The position numbers and the translations under genes are program-made. A stretch of 64,000 nt of DNA, from NCBI GenBank assembly GCA_964035545.1, contig OZ037765.1:2914001-2978000 (forward strand), written 5' to 3'. This document shows, piece after piece, positions 30,201 through 42,300 of the stretch; the stretch's first letter is position 1; the number at the start of each line of letters is the position of its first letter. Under the pieces are notes generated by a model that saw nothing but the letters and a program-made list of their open reading frames with translations, had not been told where the DNA came from and did no database searches. This stretch comes from Bugula neritina. Its lineage: Eukaryota; Animalia; Bryozoa.

Positions 30201-33200
30201 GTTTTGACTTAAATTTTCCTTGGTTATTTTAAAGCTTATCAAAAGTGGCCTCCTAATCTAATTTTTAGCTGAAACTAACTCAGTGTTTAAAACTAAAATG
30301 GTTTACACTTGTTACTAGTTTCACTTATTCACAAACATTATTAAATGCTATTCTAGAAATAATATGGGTTTGAATTAGTTATATTATAATTATAAAATGA
30401 AGTAATAATTGTTTTTCAACACTATTTGTTTAAACTCATAACTTCATTCAAAGCATGTATTCATACAACTAGCTTACCATGTACTGTTACAGTATTATGT
30501 AACACATGTTGACACGCATTACATTCTGTTTGGATGGTGATATATTGGGTCAAGCCTTCAGCTAGCAGTTCTTGAACTTCATAGTTGTTGCAAAATATAA
30601 CTGAAGCTACTTACCAGAGGGTAAAAACTGCTGAATGAATACAAACTAAGCACAAAATTTATTTAGCACATTCATTATAATTTGAATCATAATTTAATTT
30701 TCATTCTTTATTTTCTGTATTTAGATTTATATGTCTGAAGATGAAAGTTCTCACTCTCAGAAAAAAGTTAACAAGACAAGATAAACTTTTATTGGCTTTG
30801 ATGAAGCTGCGTCAAGATTTACAGTTTCAAATACTTGCTGGCCTTTTTTACATCTCTAGATTGCTAGCAAGCAAAACCTTCAAAAACACATTAGATATTT
30901 TAGCAAGAGAACTGAACAATATAATAGTTTTTCCAGCAAGAGAGAAGCTAAACATCCCTCTGAGCTTCCAAAGCCAATATGCTACCATATATTTACAGTT
31001 TATTTGAAAGCTTACGTTGTGGATGTTGACTGCTATAGAAACTGACTACTATTTTCAAAATTTAAAAGGAAAACAAGTTCCTGGTGCAGAAGTGGCAGAA
31101 TATGTAATACAATTTTTTTCAAGTTGAAAGTAAGAAATGGGACCATTTCAGCATTCATAAGCTGCACATAATAGCTTATGTGTATATTTATACGGTGTGG
31201 ACTTGCTATTACTGCGAGCAACAATATTACCAGCATGGGTGGTTGATTTAACCTCTTAGTAATTCCCATGGCTTACATACAATAAAATTCTAGTTGAATA
31301 GAATATTTACTATTGTAAAGTACAAAACAAATGACCAGAATATTTCATTTGTTAAACAGAAATTTTGTAATACTACTGTGGATTGGCTACTGTACATTAG
31401 CTAGATGTAGGCGGAGTCTACACTACCCAGCCATCCAGATGCATATACTAAAGGGCCATTCAAAAACCAGCCAATCGAAGTCATGTACCAAATTCACAGA
31501 TGTTTACTGCAAGCTTCCAATGCTAAACAATAACCCATTCAAGCTGCAACAACAAATAACTACTAAGCTGGCAGTTATGTAATAATTGGCCTTAAGTTGC
31601 AAAAGTGTACCAGGTCATTTTTCTAGACATGCAATTTTTAATTGCGTTTTATAAACACTTAATTTAGACATTTTAAAAAATCATTTCAAGAGTCATCAAT
31701 TTAAGATATGAAATTAAATAATGCATGAAAAAAAAGTTGCACAACTAGCTTTTAGAAGCATGCATTTTGCAATTGAACTTGCAGAATTTTATATCAGTTA
31801 CAATGGTAAGACATTGACCTGGTACACTTCGCTGATTGGCTGAGTTTTACATGGTCTATTGATGTTGACTTGTGTAGTATAGAAATTACCCAGTGTCTGT
31901 AGTGTAATGGTAGTTCGCCTGCTTGCAAGCCAGCGGTCTCGGGTTCGAATCCCAATGGCAACAAAAGTTTTATAGCTGGAGCAATCAAATTATATTTTGT
32001 TAATATCTTTTTAAAAAAACTCTGTATTTAATTATGATTAACTTTGCTTGACCCCAAAAAGCTTATTTTACTGAATAAAAAACTATTTTTATCTATATTT
32101 TATCTATTGTCACATATTTATATATTATGTAATATTATAATCTATTGTTGTATTTTGTTTTTTCAGAACTTACATACAACGAACCTGTTATATGTAGTAA
32201 AGTTACCATGTGTAGGTAACTATGGTAACTGTTAAAGTTAATGCTGTAGGTATTCACACTTGTCCGAGTGAATCATTCATGTTTAGAGATTACCTGCGGA
32301 CTACATATTCTTATAGAGCTCAGTCTAAGATTCTGCTGCTAGTGGCTGGCATCAGACCAGTGAAAGACCCTCTGTTTCTCTTGGAAGAGTTTGCTAGTAA
32401 GTGCTGGTAATTTTCTGTTTTCAATGTCCGAAATGTTATTTTGTAATTTTCTGTTTAGTAAATCAAAGTTGTCAGCCCTTGTCATCTGTGATGAAAGCAT
32501 ATATATTAAGGAGACAACTCCATGATATTTTAACTTCAATATGTATATCACAAAAATCGGATTTAATTCACTGTAGTAATAGAATAGTAATTTATAGTCT
32601 TCGTTTATAATGCAGGCTCAGGTTTTGAAAAAGTATAGACTCTCATCTTATTCAAGTTACACATCATTTTAGACTCAGAACTTTCCAACACAATGAGTTT
32701 TGTTGTTATTGGCCCCCTGGTGAGTAACTAAGTGTGCTTTTAGCTAAAGTGAACCCGGCTTTAGATGTGTCACATTGTATACTAATCACCAACTGTAATG
32801 ATACTTTCCAGTGATTCACACACTTACTGTGCCAAACACCCTTTGCCTTTTGATTTTCTCTCTTTATTTGAAGTTTTATTATATAATTTTCCAAAAAAAT
32901 AATCCGAAAATTTCATGTACGAGTATAAATGGTTGATATGATGCATCAAGTGTGTTGACTAAATGTCTGTGTGCTTGTCACCTTGTCCTTACAGCCCTAG
33001 TCGCTAGATAGCACAGCTGTGTGCAGTGACTCAATACGCAGCCTCTCCATCAGCAAGCCAAATGTTGTGTATAGTAATATTATTTTTATAATTTATAAAA
33101 AATTAAAGTTATCGCTGTTTTGCAGTAATCTAATAATGTTTTCTCTTCATAGTACCCTAGCGTTAACTTTCCCTGACACTCTCATAATTCTGCTGTTGTG

Positions 33201-34680
33201 TGTCTCTTGATAAGTGTTGCACGTGAAATTATTTTCTGGCACTCTGTTGAAACTAAGTTAAACATTATCAGTACAGTAATTTTTGCACTTTTATATAAAT
33301 TGTTGTTTTGTTTAGGCAGATAAAGATTACAGGGAAAAATTCTTTGCTGGGATTCAAAAGTTAAGGTACTACTGGTTTTTATATAATTCTGAGTGTTTTA
33401 CAGTTTCTTTGGTATAACTTTAGTCACTAAGCTCCCTTGACATAGTGAGAGAATAGACCTGGCTTAAACACATGAAGTGCTTGGAAAGTTGGTCCACACT
33501 TCCATAAGCATTCTTGATGATCTCAAAATTATTTTTCTATTATTTTAAATCCTGATGTTATGTTGTCAGCATAGTTTAGAGTAGAAATTACTTTCCCACC
33601 AAAATCTTCATCCAAACATCAGCTTCTTTTAATAGAAATTTTAATCTCACTTACTACATTTTGTTTTATCTATTTTAATAAATTCATTTCTATCACCTCA
33701 TGATTTGTATCAATAAAATTGTATTGAGTTTTGCTTTATTAATCAGCCTAATAGCGTTACTTTTGCAGACAGCGAAATGTCTTCTATGCTGGAGAGATGT
33801 CAATTGAAGACGTTCATGCAGCCATACAGCAGAGTGATTGTCTTGTGAACAGTTCCACTAGTGAGGGTATGTGTGCAGCCATACTGGAGGTTGGTACACT
33901 CACTATATTCCCCCTGCACCTCTCATACATAGGTTTAGAGTACCCTTCCTATATCTCCGCACCTTTTGTAATTATGGCTAAAGGTGCCCTGTCTTTGCAC
34001 TCTAACGCTATGTGAATTTATAAAAATTGTTTATTTTAGTGGATAAACACTTGTAAAGCTTGATTTTTTATAATTATTTTATCAATTTTTTATACAACTC
34101 AATAAAGTTTTGAATCATTTGCATATCTTATTATTTATTCCTGTAACTTCATTCTAAACCTATTTTTAAATTGTTAGGCATTTGATTTGCAAACACCGGT
34201 AATAGCAAGGGAAAACGCTGGCAACTGTTATCTTGTGAAGCATGAAGTGACGGGGCTGTTATACAAAACTGCACAGGTGTGTCTTTCGGTTAATATTGGT
34301 AGTAGATAACAGTGTCTTCTGATATTATAGGTGCACTTTATACTTGTTTAACAATGCTTATGCTATATTGGACTTGGTTTATTTTAAAGTTCTTAGGATT
34401 TTTAGCTGTGTATGATGGTTCAGCCATGTTTTATGATGCTGGGGATTTGTATTACGATGATTTAGGTATGCATTAGGGTGTTTCACCTGTGCACTATAAT
34501 ATTTTACATGCATATTATGATATATTTTTACAGGATTTTGTCCAGTGCGTCAAAAAACTGATGAATTCAAACGATTTAAAGGTAAAACTGTCATCTAATG
34601 CAAAACATCATCTTATGCAATCATTTTCACCTGAGAAAGAAAAAGAATTGTACGGCCAACTGCTTAAACAACTTGAGTAA
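27285..34680 (+). CDS. GLT1D1: Glycosyltransferase 1 domain-containing protein 1 (GT-B fold)
   Basis: Ten small GT-AG exons give MVKILFTCPKLSTSGNFTSAMRIRAHL..., FGGTDLNE, AGIRPVKDPLFL, FVVIGP, VNSSTSEGMCAAILEAFDLQTPVIAREN, VKHEVTGLLY, ...ELYGQLLKQLE*, matching the GLT1D1 motif order. Confidence 0.88.
28538..31857 (+). mobile_element. Defective ISL2EU/Harbinger-group (PHIS) DNA transposon with ~880-bp terminal inverted repeats, in a GLT1D1 intron
   Basis: 28534-~29414 is the reverse complement of ~30986-31861; termini AT|agacc...ggtct|AT fit a 2-bp AT target duplication; internal transposase remnant. Confidence 0.8.
29822..31007 (+). pseudogene. Transposase remnant (FYTG motif plus HTH preceding a DDE_Tnp_4-type nuclease), intron 29884-30724
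   Basis: DEQTKFYTGIPTRSLYYFLA splices in frame to RFICLKMKVLTLRKKLTRQDKLLLALMKLRQDLQFQILAGLFYIS; no convincing catalytic DDE domain follows. Confidence 0.7.
31893..31962 (+). mobile_element. tRNA-derived SINE-like head
   Basis: A-box tagtgtaatgg, B-box ggttcgaatcc, core gcctgcttgcaagcc shared with 39797, 40021 and (partly) 51546. Confidence 0.7.
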
Positions 34681-35040
34681 CAGATTAATTTTAAACTATC
34701 ATTTCTATATTTGTAGTCAATACATTAATTTTTACAGTTTTGCTGCAATTTAATTTAATATTACTGTGACTTTTTATTTAAGGCGATTGTTATACTTTAA
34801 ATTTAGACAACAAAAGTACCTCAATTTTTCGTAGAAGCAACATGTACCAGTTTTAGTATTTGTATAACATATATTTTTGATAACAATATTTAGATATGTG
34901 ATTTATTCTTCCCGATACCTGATTTTTTTACTTTTATATGATTTATTTTTTAAAAATGTATTTTATCTTTACAAAAACTATGTTTTTTGAAGAATATTTT
35001 TACATGCACATTTTACAAGATAAATTTTCAAATAAATTGT

Positions 35041-38000
35041 TCATGAAACTTCATCAGCCCATAAAAAGTAAGAGCATCTCGCTTGTTTGTCATTGGCTAA
35101 CCCCACTGGCCGAGCACAGCTATAGAACTTTTTTCCTTTATTTTTACCAACTTTTTTTACTGTCTGCAGCACGCAGGTTTCCTGGTGGGCCAGACATTTT
35201 GGCGCAGATTTCTTTGGGAACAGTTTGCTCCACTCTTGTGATTGGCTCTTCTCTCCTCCAATGACTGAGTCCGACTGTGACGAATCTGACAACTGGGACT
35301 GTGATAGTGGTTCTTCCTGAGATTCATTTTCCTTTTTGACTTCATTCTTCTCTTTAATCAAAAAATTTGTTAGCGATTGACTTTTCGTAGGTTTCCGTTT
35401 CTTTTCAGGGGGTTTGGTGCCTGTTTGGGATAACGGTGTTGAGCTGAACATATCGTCATGAGATTTTTTGTTGGCATTTGTCATAAACATAGTTAACTTC
35501 TGTTGTTTAGCCTTGAATCTGTAGCTGCTACAGAGAGGCGGGGGTTTGACAGATGGCTTCACATTAATATTTGTAATCTCAGCTTGTACTGGACAATGAT
35601 CAGAACCCATGTATTTAGCCATGACTTCAGCGGATTTCAAATGTTCACGAAGCCTGCCATCTAGGAGTATATAGTCAATTCTCGTACCAAAGTTGGTTTG
35701 CCTCGCATCTGCAACATCCGCAAAAATAAATACAAATAAAACCCCAAAAATTATCAAATTTTGAACTCCAAGAATAAATGCTGAGCAACTAATGAAGTAT
35801 GATAAGGTGAGAAGCAAATACATTTTAAACAAAAATGCCATTATAGAAATGTAGTCAATCATGTTGGCAGTTGCAAATGAATTTAATCTAATTCCTATCA
35901 ACAGCTCCCAATGCTTTAAATGGCTCTTGTCCAATCACTCACTATATTAGCTGAAGAGTGTGAGTAAGAAAACTGCTACACACTAACACTACAATCCTAG
36001 CCTCCCCCACCCATGGTAAGTGCATACGTACTCAGCTTAGTGTTCCAGCAGGTATACGCATACTTTGTACAGGGATGTAGCACTCTGTATGTGTCTATGA
36101 GTGCACCAGCACCCGGAGTCAGCATTTTGTCTAGCCATTGTCTGTGAGGCTGACTAAGAAATTCCTGTAACATATAAGAAGTATTATACAATTGGATAGA
36201 TATAGAAGTACATGGTGTCAGCTGCTTTAAACCAGACAGCACTTCATCTATATCATCAGAAGGCTTTATCTTCACTTAAAGGATTGCTCTATCTTGTCTA
36301 ATAAATGGCCATTTAGGTCAAACACACATAATATTGTGTTTTTCTAAGCATGCATTGACAAAAAGCATTTGACCAAAGGTAGAAAAAGTTAGTTGAAGTT
36401 GAGGGTGTAGATTGGTAACAGCCAAAACGCCGATTTTGAAATGAGCTGGGAAATGTGACGTAACAGCGCCAGCATTCCTGCTGGTCACGTGACTATACAA
36501 ATGAATAACTATAGAAATATGACTGTGAGATGTGATCTTTCAGCTCGTAATTTGTATATTTATAGAAGTGCAAATGTGAATTATCTCAATCTATAGTTTT
36601 TTGACATGTTAAATAACATGTATGTGATAACATTAGGCCATATTTTGCGTGTAAGCATAGAAAAAAGCATTGCAAAAACATGCATTCTTTAGGATGAATG
36701 CCTGCGATCGATCTAAACTAGGTCAGATTGTGCAATATTACGGGCGCACCAAAGCTGACCTATATAGCGCACTGTAACTGCTTGAGCGTTATTGGTTGAT
36801 GTTGCTCTCAGCAACCTTGAATACTAGCGTTATAGTTAGCACGTGCAGCATAGTTACTGGCGTTCACACGTCACGTATTAGGCTATTCTTTTTCATGGCT
36901 GAAAATTTTACCTCCCTCAAAATTGGAATTTCGAAAAGCTGTTTTCTAGGCACATATCCCTTTGCAAAGTCACAATTGTTTGCATACAAATTAGATTATA
37001 GTTCATAATTATAATGTGATTGTAATAAACTAAGATAGAGCAATCCTTTAACCAACCCTGAATAGATATACATTATATATTCAGAAAAAACTTTTATTTA
37101 TAGAAAAGAAATCACCATTTTGAAACACTATATGAAGGTCTTTATGCTAAATGTTTTAGCACAAACCTCTGTACATTAATCCTGAGGTTTTATAGATGAA
37201 TAAAAAATATTCATGCTCCAAATGTTACATCCAACATTATTTTAAGAATCTACAATAGGTAAACATACAAAGTGTATGTACATAAAATAAATGTAAAGCC
37301 CACAGACTTATGAAGGGCAACTTTTAAACTAGTAAAAAACTGAACATTACAATTTGAGTAGCAAATAGATAGATTGAACGTTAGCCTAAGGCACTCAAAG
37401 GTAACTTGGCGTGTAAAGGGTGGTGAATAGATTAGGACAAACCTCAGTATCTCCAGGATCACAGCTGTCTATAACTTTATGAGAAATGTTGATATCACCC
37501 AGCACGATGACATAACTACAAATAACCAATACATTGCTTATTGAACATGTCTGATCAAAACTTTAACAATTAATGTTTTAAAGTAGCCTTAATATTAAAA
37601 ATTTGGCTGCTAATTCAACCTCTAAAAATTATTATTTCTATCTAGATATCTATTAAATAATTAGAGGCTATGATAATACTAGGTGATAGGTCAACATTTA
37701 ATAGACTGTAAAAGCACAGTTTAGAATTCACCTAATTTTTTGGAGTTGTCTGATTCTCTCCTCCAACGTCTGTAGAAACTGAAGTCTGAACAATTCTCTA
37801 CCCTCAGTTTCTCCAGTAACACACGGACAGTACAGATTAATGAGAGTTAGCAATGACTTTTCTTTACCTTCATCTCTAAATGTATGCAGAGGCAATATAC
37901 TTATATCTCGCATATCAGACTAACAATGCACTACGAATATTCTTTTTAGTTCAATATTTCTTACTTTTACAAAACTCTCTCTTAACATAACATACAACCT

Positions 38001-39751
38001 CAACTCATATCATATAACAATAAACAGCAGTTACTGAAAGTAACAGAAAAAACATGAAACCTTTCAGGGGTTGTCCTCTCATGAAACTTTCAATAGGCAG
38101 CTAAATATAATTCATCAACAATGAGCAAGTTCAATGGACAAATAATTCATTGTCAACTGTACAATTGTGAGCAAGTTCAATAGATAGAATTATTTTCAGT
38201 GGACTTACTTTTAATACAGGTGTTATTTATATATACTGCGATGCTACTATTTCGAATTGTGAGAATGAATGCTCGTACAGATGAATTTGGGGTTGCGGTT
38301 TCATTTGATGCAACTGTTTCTAAACATCGAATGAAAAATCCATTCACATGATACGAAGCAATAGAAAGGGAGTGATAGACAAAAGGCAAAATTTAACTCA
38401 CTGAAGTCTAAACTGAACAATCAGAGTCCTGCCCTCATTATCCAAACACTTCAAAGTGTCGGCAGGTAAACTGAAAGACAAGTCATCCTCGCTGTCCAGT
38501 TTCGTAATCAGACTGTCAGTAGCATGCTCAGGTTGGAGTCCACGTCTGCAGTATATTACTACGCCTACAACAAATAACACATGCCTTCTGCAGTATATCA
38601 CTACGCCTACAATAAAATAGTAACATCTGCACTCCGTATATTGTATTACTACGCCTACAATACAATAACACCTGCTCTATGCATTGTATTATTACGCCTA
38701 CAAGAAATAAGTAACAACTGCATTCAGTATATTGTATTACTACGCCTACAATACAATAACACCTGCTCTCAGTATTGTATTACTACGCCTACAATAAAAT
38801 AACATCTGTGTTCTGCAGTACATCATAACACTTGCAATAAAGAAGTGACATTTGCACTCCATATATTGTATTAATACGCCTACAATAAATAAGTAATATC
38901 CGCATTCTGCAGTATATTACTACGCCTAAAACAGAGATAATTATTACATGTCAAAGTAAAAATTTTACAAATGATACATCATGTTCAAAAGATTTTCCAA
39001 TTTCACTAAAACAGATTGGAAATTGTATAAAAATTAGAAAAGGGATATTATTGTTAGGTAAAACCAATGGAGCGACAGCCTCTTATGAAATGTGTTTACA
39101 AAAAATTAAACTAATCTAATTCCAAACAAATGGAGTGTCTAAAATATCAATTAAATTCGTATAATTATTTATATTTGTTGTGATCAGAGGTAAATGGGTT
39201 GCATGATGAAATAAAGTTGTAAGATTTTAAAGGTAGTGTGACAAATAAATAATTAAAAATTAAAAAAACATTTACTACAATTAATAGCCATGGCATTGTG
39301 AGGGTACCTGAATAACCAGCTCGTGCTCTGGAGTAGCTGAAATATGACCGGTATCCATCTACTATAGCTAACTCTTCTGTCATCAGTTCTTCTACAGTCA
39401 TAAGTAAAAATATTTTTATTCGACTTATTTATTTATACTTTTAACAAATACAAGCTTAGTGACATTGGTGTAACTACATCATACAGGGAAAACCATTTTC
39501 AATGTTGACTAGTGTGTCGAAATTATTTCAGCTGCTGTATATTTGATTTAGCATATCTGATTCAACATGTTAGAAACAGCAAATAAAATTAGCATACAGA
39601 TAAAAATAAAGTTGTTGATTGCATAATCAATATTACTTGTTATTTTAGTTTCCTGGAAGCAGGCAACATCTGCTTCTAATTCCGTGATAATCACACCAAT
39701 CTTCTTTTTGAGAGACCGGAGCCCATTCACATTCCATGAAACTATTTTCAT
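35041..39751 (-). CDS. APEX2: AP endonuclease 2 (EEP nuclease with C-terminal GRF zinc finger)
   Basis: About 7 exons: MKIVSWNVNGLR, CFQETK, RARAGYSG|VVIYC, LDNEGR, INLYCP, LGDINISH, YTCWNT, GTRIDYIL, GSDHCPV; PIP-like QSLTNFL; Zf-GRF CLAHQETC...NKGKKFYSCARP...CSYFLW. Confidence 0.93.
36280..37047. mobile_element. Non-autonomous Kolobok-like DNA transposon (768 bp) in an APEX2 intron
   Basis: Perfect 16-bp TIR aggattgctctatctt / aagatagagcaatcct, flanked by TTAA on both sides (36276-36279, 37048-37051). Confidence 0.85.
38545..38930 (-). repeat. 42-48-bp minisatellite derived from the APEX2 exon-3 splice acceptor
   Basis: acgccta core at 38561, 38603, 38651, 38694, 38742, 38785, 38876 and 38922, plus one degenerate unit. 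Confidence 0.9.
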
Positions 39752-39784
39752 ATTTACCTGCAAACACAAAATACCCTTGAACAC

Positions 39785-40110
39785 TGTTGTTAGGAATCCC
39801 TGTGGTGTAATTGGTTAGCGGCTTAGTGCGCCTGCTTGCAAGCCGAAAGTCTGTGGTTCAAATCCTGGTGAGGGCAATATTTTACAAGCTAGTTCTGCCT
39901 TGCGTTGTGGGTGTACTCTCAAGGAGTTGAGTGGTGAGTGTAGCACATGAACTGACAGAGTAGGAGGGGGCCAGTGCAGTTTTGGAGAGAACTGGGTGGG
40001 ATGTTGTTAGGAATCCCGAAGCCCCTGGGATGTAATCGGTTGGCGCGCCTGCTTGCACGCCGGAGGTCTGTGGCTCGAATCCTGGTAAGGGGGGGGGGGC
40101 AATTATTTTC
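39785..40110 (+). mobile_element. Two tandem tRNA-derived SINE-like units upstream of the APEX2 start (5'UTR intron)
   Basis: tgttgttaggaatccc at 39785-39800 and 40002-40017, each followed by an A-box/B-box tRNA-like segment ending ggcaa(t)tatttt. Confidence 0.7.
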
Positions 40111-42300
40111 TTCTATTACATAATATTTATAGAGTGAAATTTCTCAAAATTGGCAGAGTCAAAATAAACTCTGCTACAAAAATTTATGTTTACATAATTT
40201 GAAGATTTCAAACAACTTTGGTTTGAGGTATGACAACTTATCTATTCTACGTCTAACACTAATGACTAATAGCGTTTAACAGTTTAATTTTATCATTATG
40301 ATTATCATAAATATCATGGTCAAAGTTATCAGGTAATGATATAAGTATAACTTTAGTATAAGTATAACTAGACTCTAGAGTCTAGAGAGTAGAGTCAGTT
40401 TTATATTCAAACTTACGATTATTATTAATATTACTATTATTATTGCTAGTATAATCATTATTCAATCTCATTACTATTAGTTATTACTTATACTTATAGT
40501 TTAAGTAATTAACAATAACTAATACTAGTAGTAATAGTAATTCAGATTGATAAATCAAAATGAAAATGACGCACTTTCAGTTTCATACGAGTCACTACAA
40601 AATATAAAATTTCATTTGAAAATACCAATATACAAACAACGGCATAATTTTAACAGTTTACTAACTACTACTAGCGCTATAACCAATAGAATACTCACTA
40701 ATAGTAATACAGTAAATGCAACGCTAAAAGTAAAACTATTCAGTATTTAGTACCCTTTGATTCAAATCTCGCATCATGGCAGCCACTTCCTGCCACTACC
40801 CGGGTTATCCTTTTAAATAGATTGGCGTACAGACATTTTTAGAGAGAATACAACTTCTAATTAACTATATACTTTCAGGCATCGAACTCAACAATATCTA
40901 TTCTATTCCAGCTCAGGGCATTCAGGCATATTGCAACAATAGTCATTGATCTTATAATAAGTAGCATAAATATAACAAGCTCCAATAAACTCCAGAATCT
41001 ATACCATTTCATGAATTTTACTAATAAACATATTAACTTACTTGTGTGTTACTGAGAAGGAGTCATATGGCGATAATGTGTAACAGGAAATGCTTTTATT
41101 TTATTGAAACATGTAGTGCAAAGTTTAAATGTGTGCTCTCACTTGTCATCTATACTTCACTTTAGAACCAATTAAGTCTAGGATGCAGGGTTCAAAGTTC
41201 AAACTTTGCTGGCATCCATTTAAAATTTAGATTTTCACAGTAAAAATAAGGGCACTGCTAGGCTGTAAGATTTTTTTTTAATTGAACCAAGAAATTATTT
41301 GAAATATAGTTTTGACTCATAAAATTAAGAGGCTCGATCATTTAAATTTTAGATACAGCTATATAGTGAAAATAAAAATTTAAAAAAGTAAATCAAGCAT
41401 TTTAACTCACACGTTTACCTCTAAAAATAGCTGGATTGAAGACATCATTTATCATAGGTTAACAATTATATATAGCCATTGCTCACAATTGAAATGTCAT
41501 GGTAATGCACAGATCGGTTAGAGTTTATAAGACTGCGTGTATTCTATGTATTCTGCATTACATTCCACTATATTTTCCAATACTCAATCAAAACAAACAT
41601 TAAATCAATTGTCATATTATATACTAATAATCTTAATTTCTTTTTTGTAGGTAAAACTGTTTATAGATATATGTAAATAATAGTTTATATTTATAGATTG
41701 TGTAGTGTATAAGTAGAAATATATACTGCACTTTAGCAATATAATAGAAATAGATTGCTAATTACTGATCATAAATGTTGTTATATTTTCAGAATCATAT
41801 GAATCTATATGAATATAATATAATGCGAGAATATTTGCTATAAAAAATGTTTTGCCTAGTCTATGCTATAATATCTATGAACATACTGTATTTATTTGTG
41901 TATTTGCCAGGTTACTGCATTATCAGCCTGAGAATTAGGCTAGTGCACAAGTTTTCTTAGTATGAACAAGTTATATAATATAAAAAATTTTAGTACAAAA
42001 CTGGAAAAAGTATAATAATTATACATGCAAAATAGAAACACTGAAAGAATAACAATATATAAGTAATGCAGCGCCGTATATAAAACAGAAATGAAAATAT
42101 TTTATAGCGTAAGCCAATATGTTTATATGAATAAATTGCTGGTTGCAGGTTTCAAGTAAAAAAGTTATCAAATTATAGTACTACATATGCTTGAATTTTA
42201 TATAATATTTGTATTTTATATCTGCTACTAGAAAGCATATTATATATAAAATACCATACTTTATATGGAAAACTGAAATATAATGTGGTTTGGTTTGGTC

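Noticed and set aside
28813-31582. Mirror-image ORF pairs (83 aa; 93/78 aa)
   Set aside because: By-products of the transposon's long inverted repeats; no recognisable protein.
38545-38930. CRISPR-like appearance of regularly spaced repeats
   Set aside because: Eukaryotic intron; the 'spacers' are related to each other, the unit derives from a splice acceptor, and there are no cas genes.
31893-40100. Functional tRNA genes at 31893, 39797 and 40021 (also 51546, 63380)
   Set aside because: A/B boxes are present, but acceptor/anticodon stems and loop sizes are non-canonical and the copies share non-tRNA flanks; treated as SINE-like.
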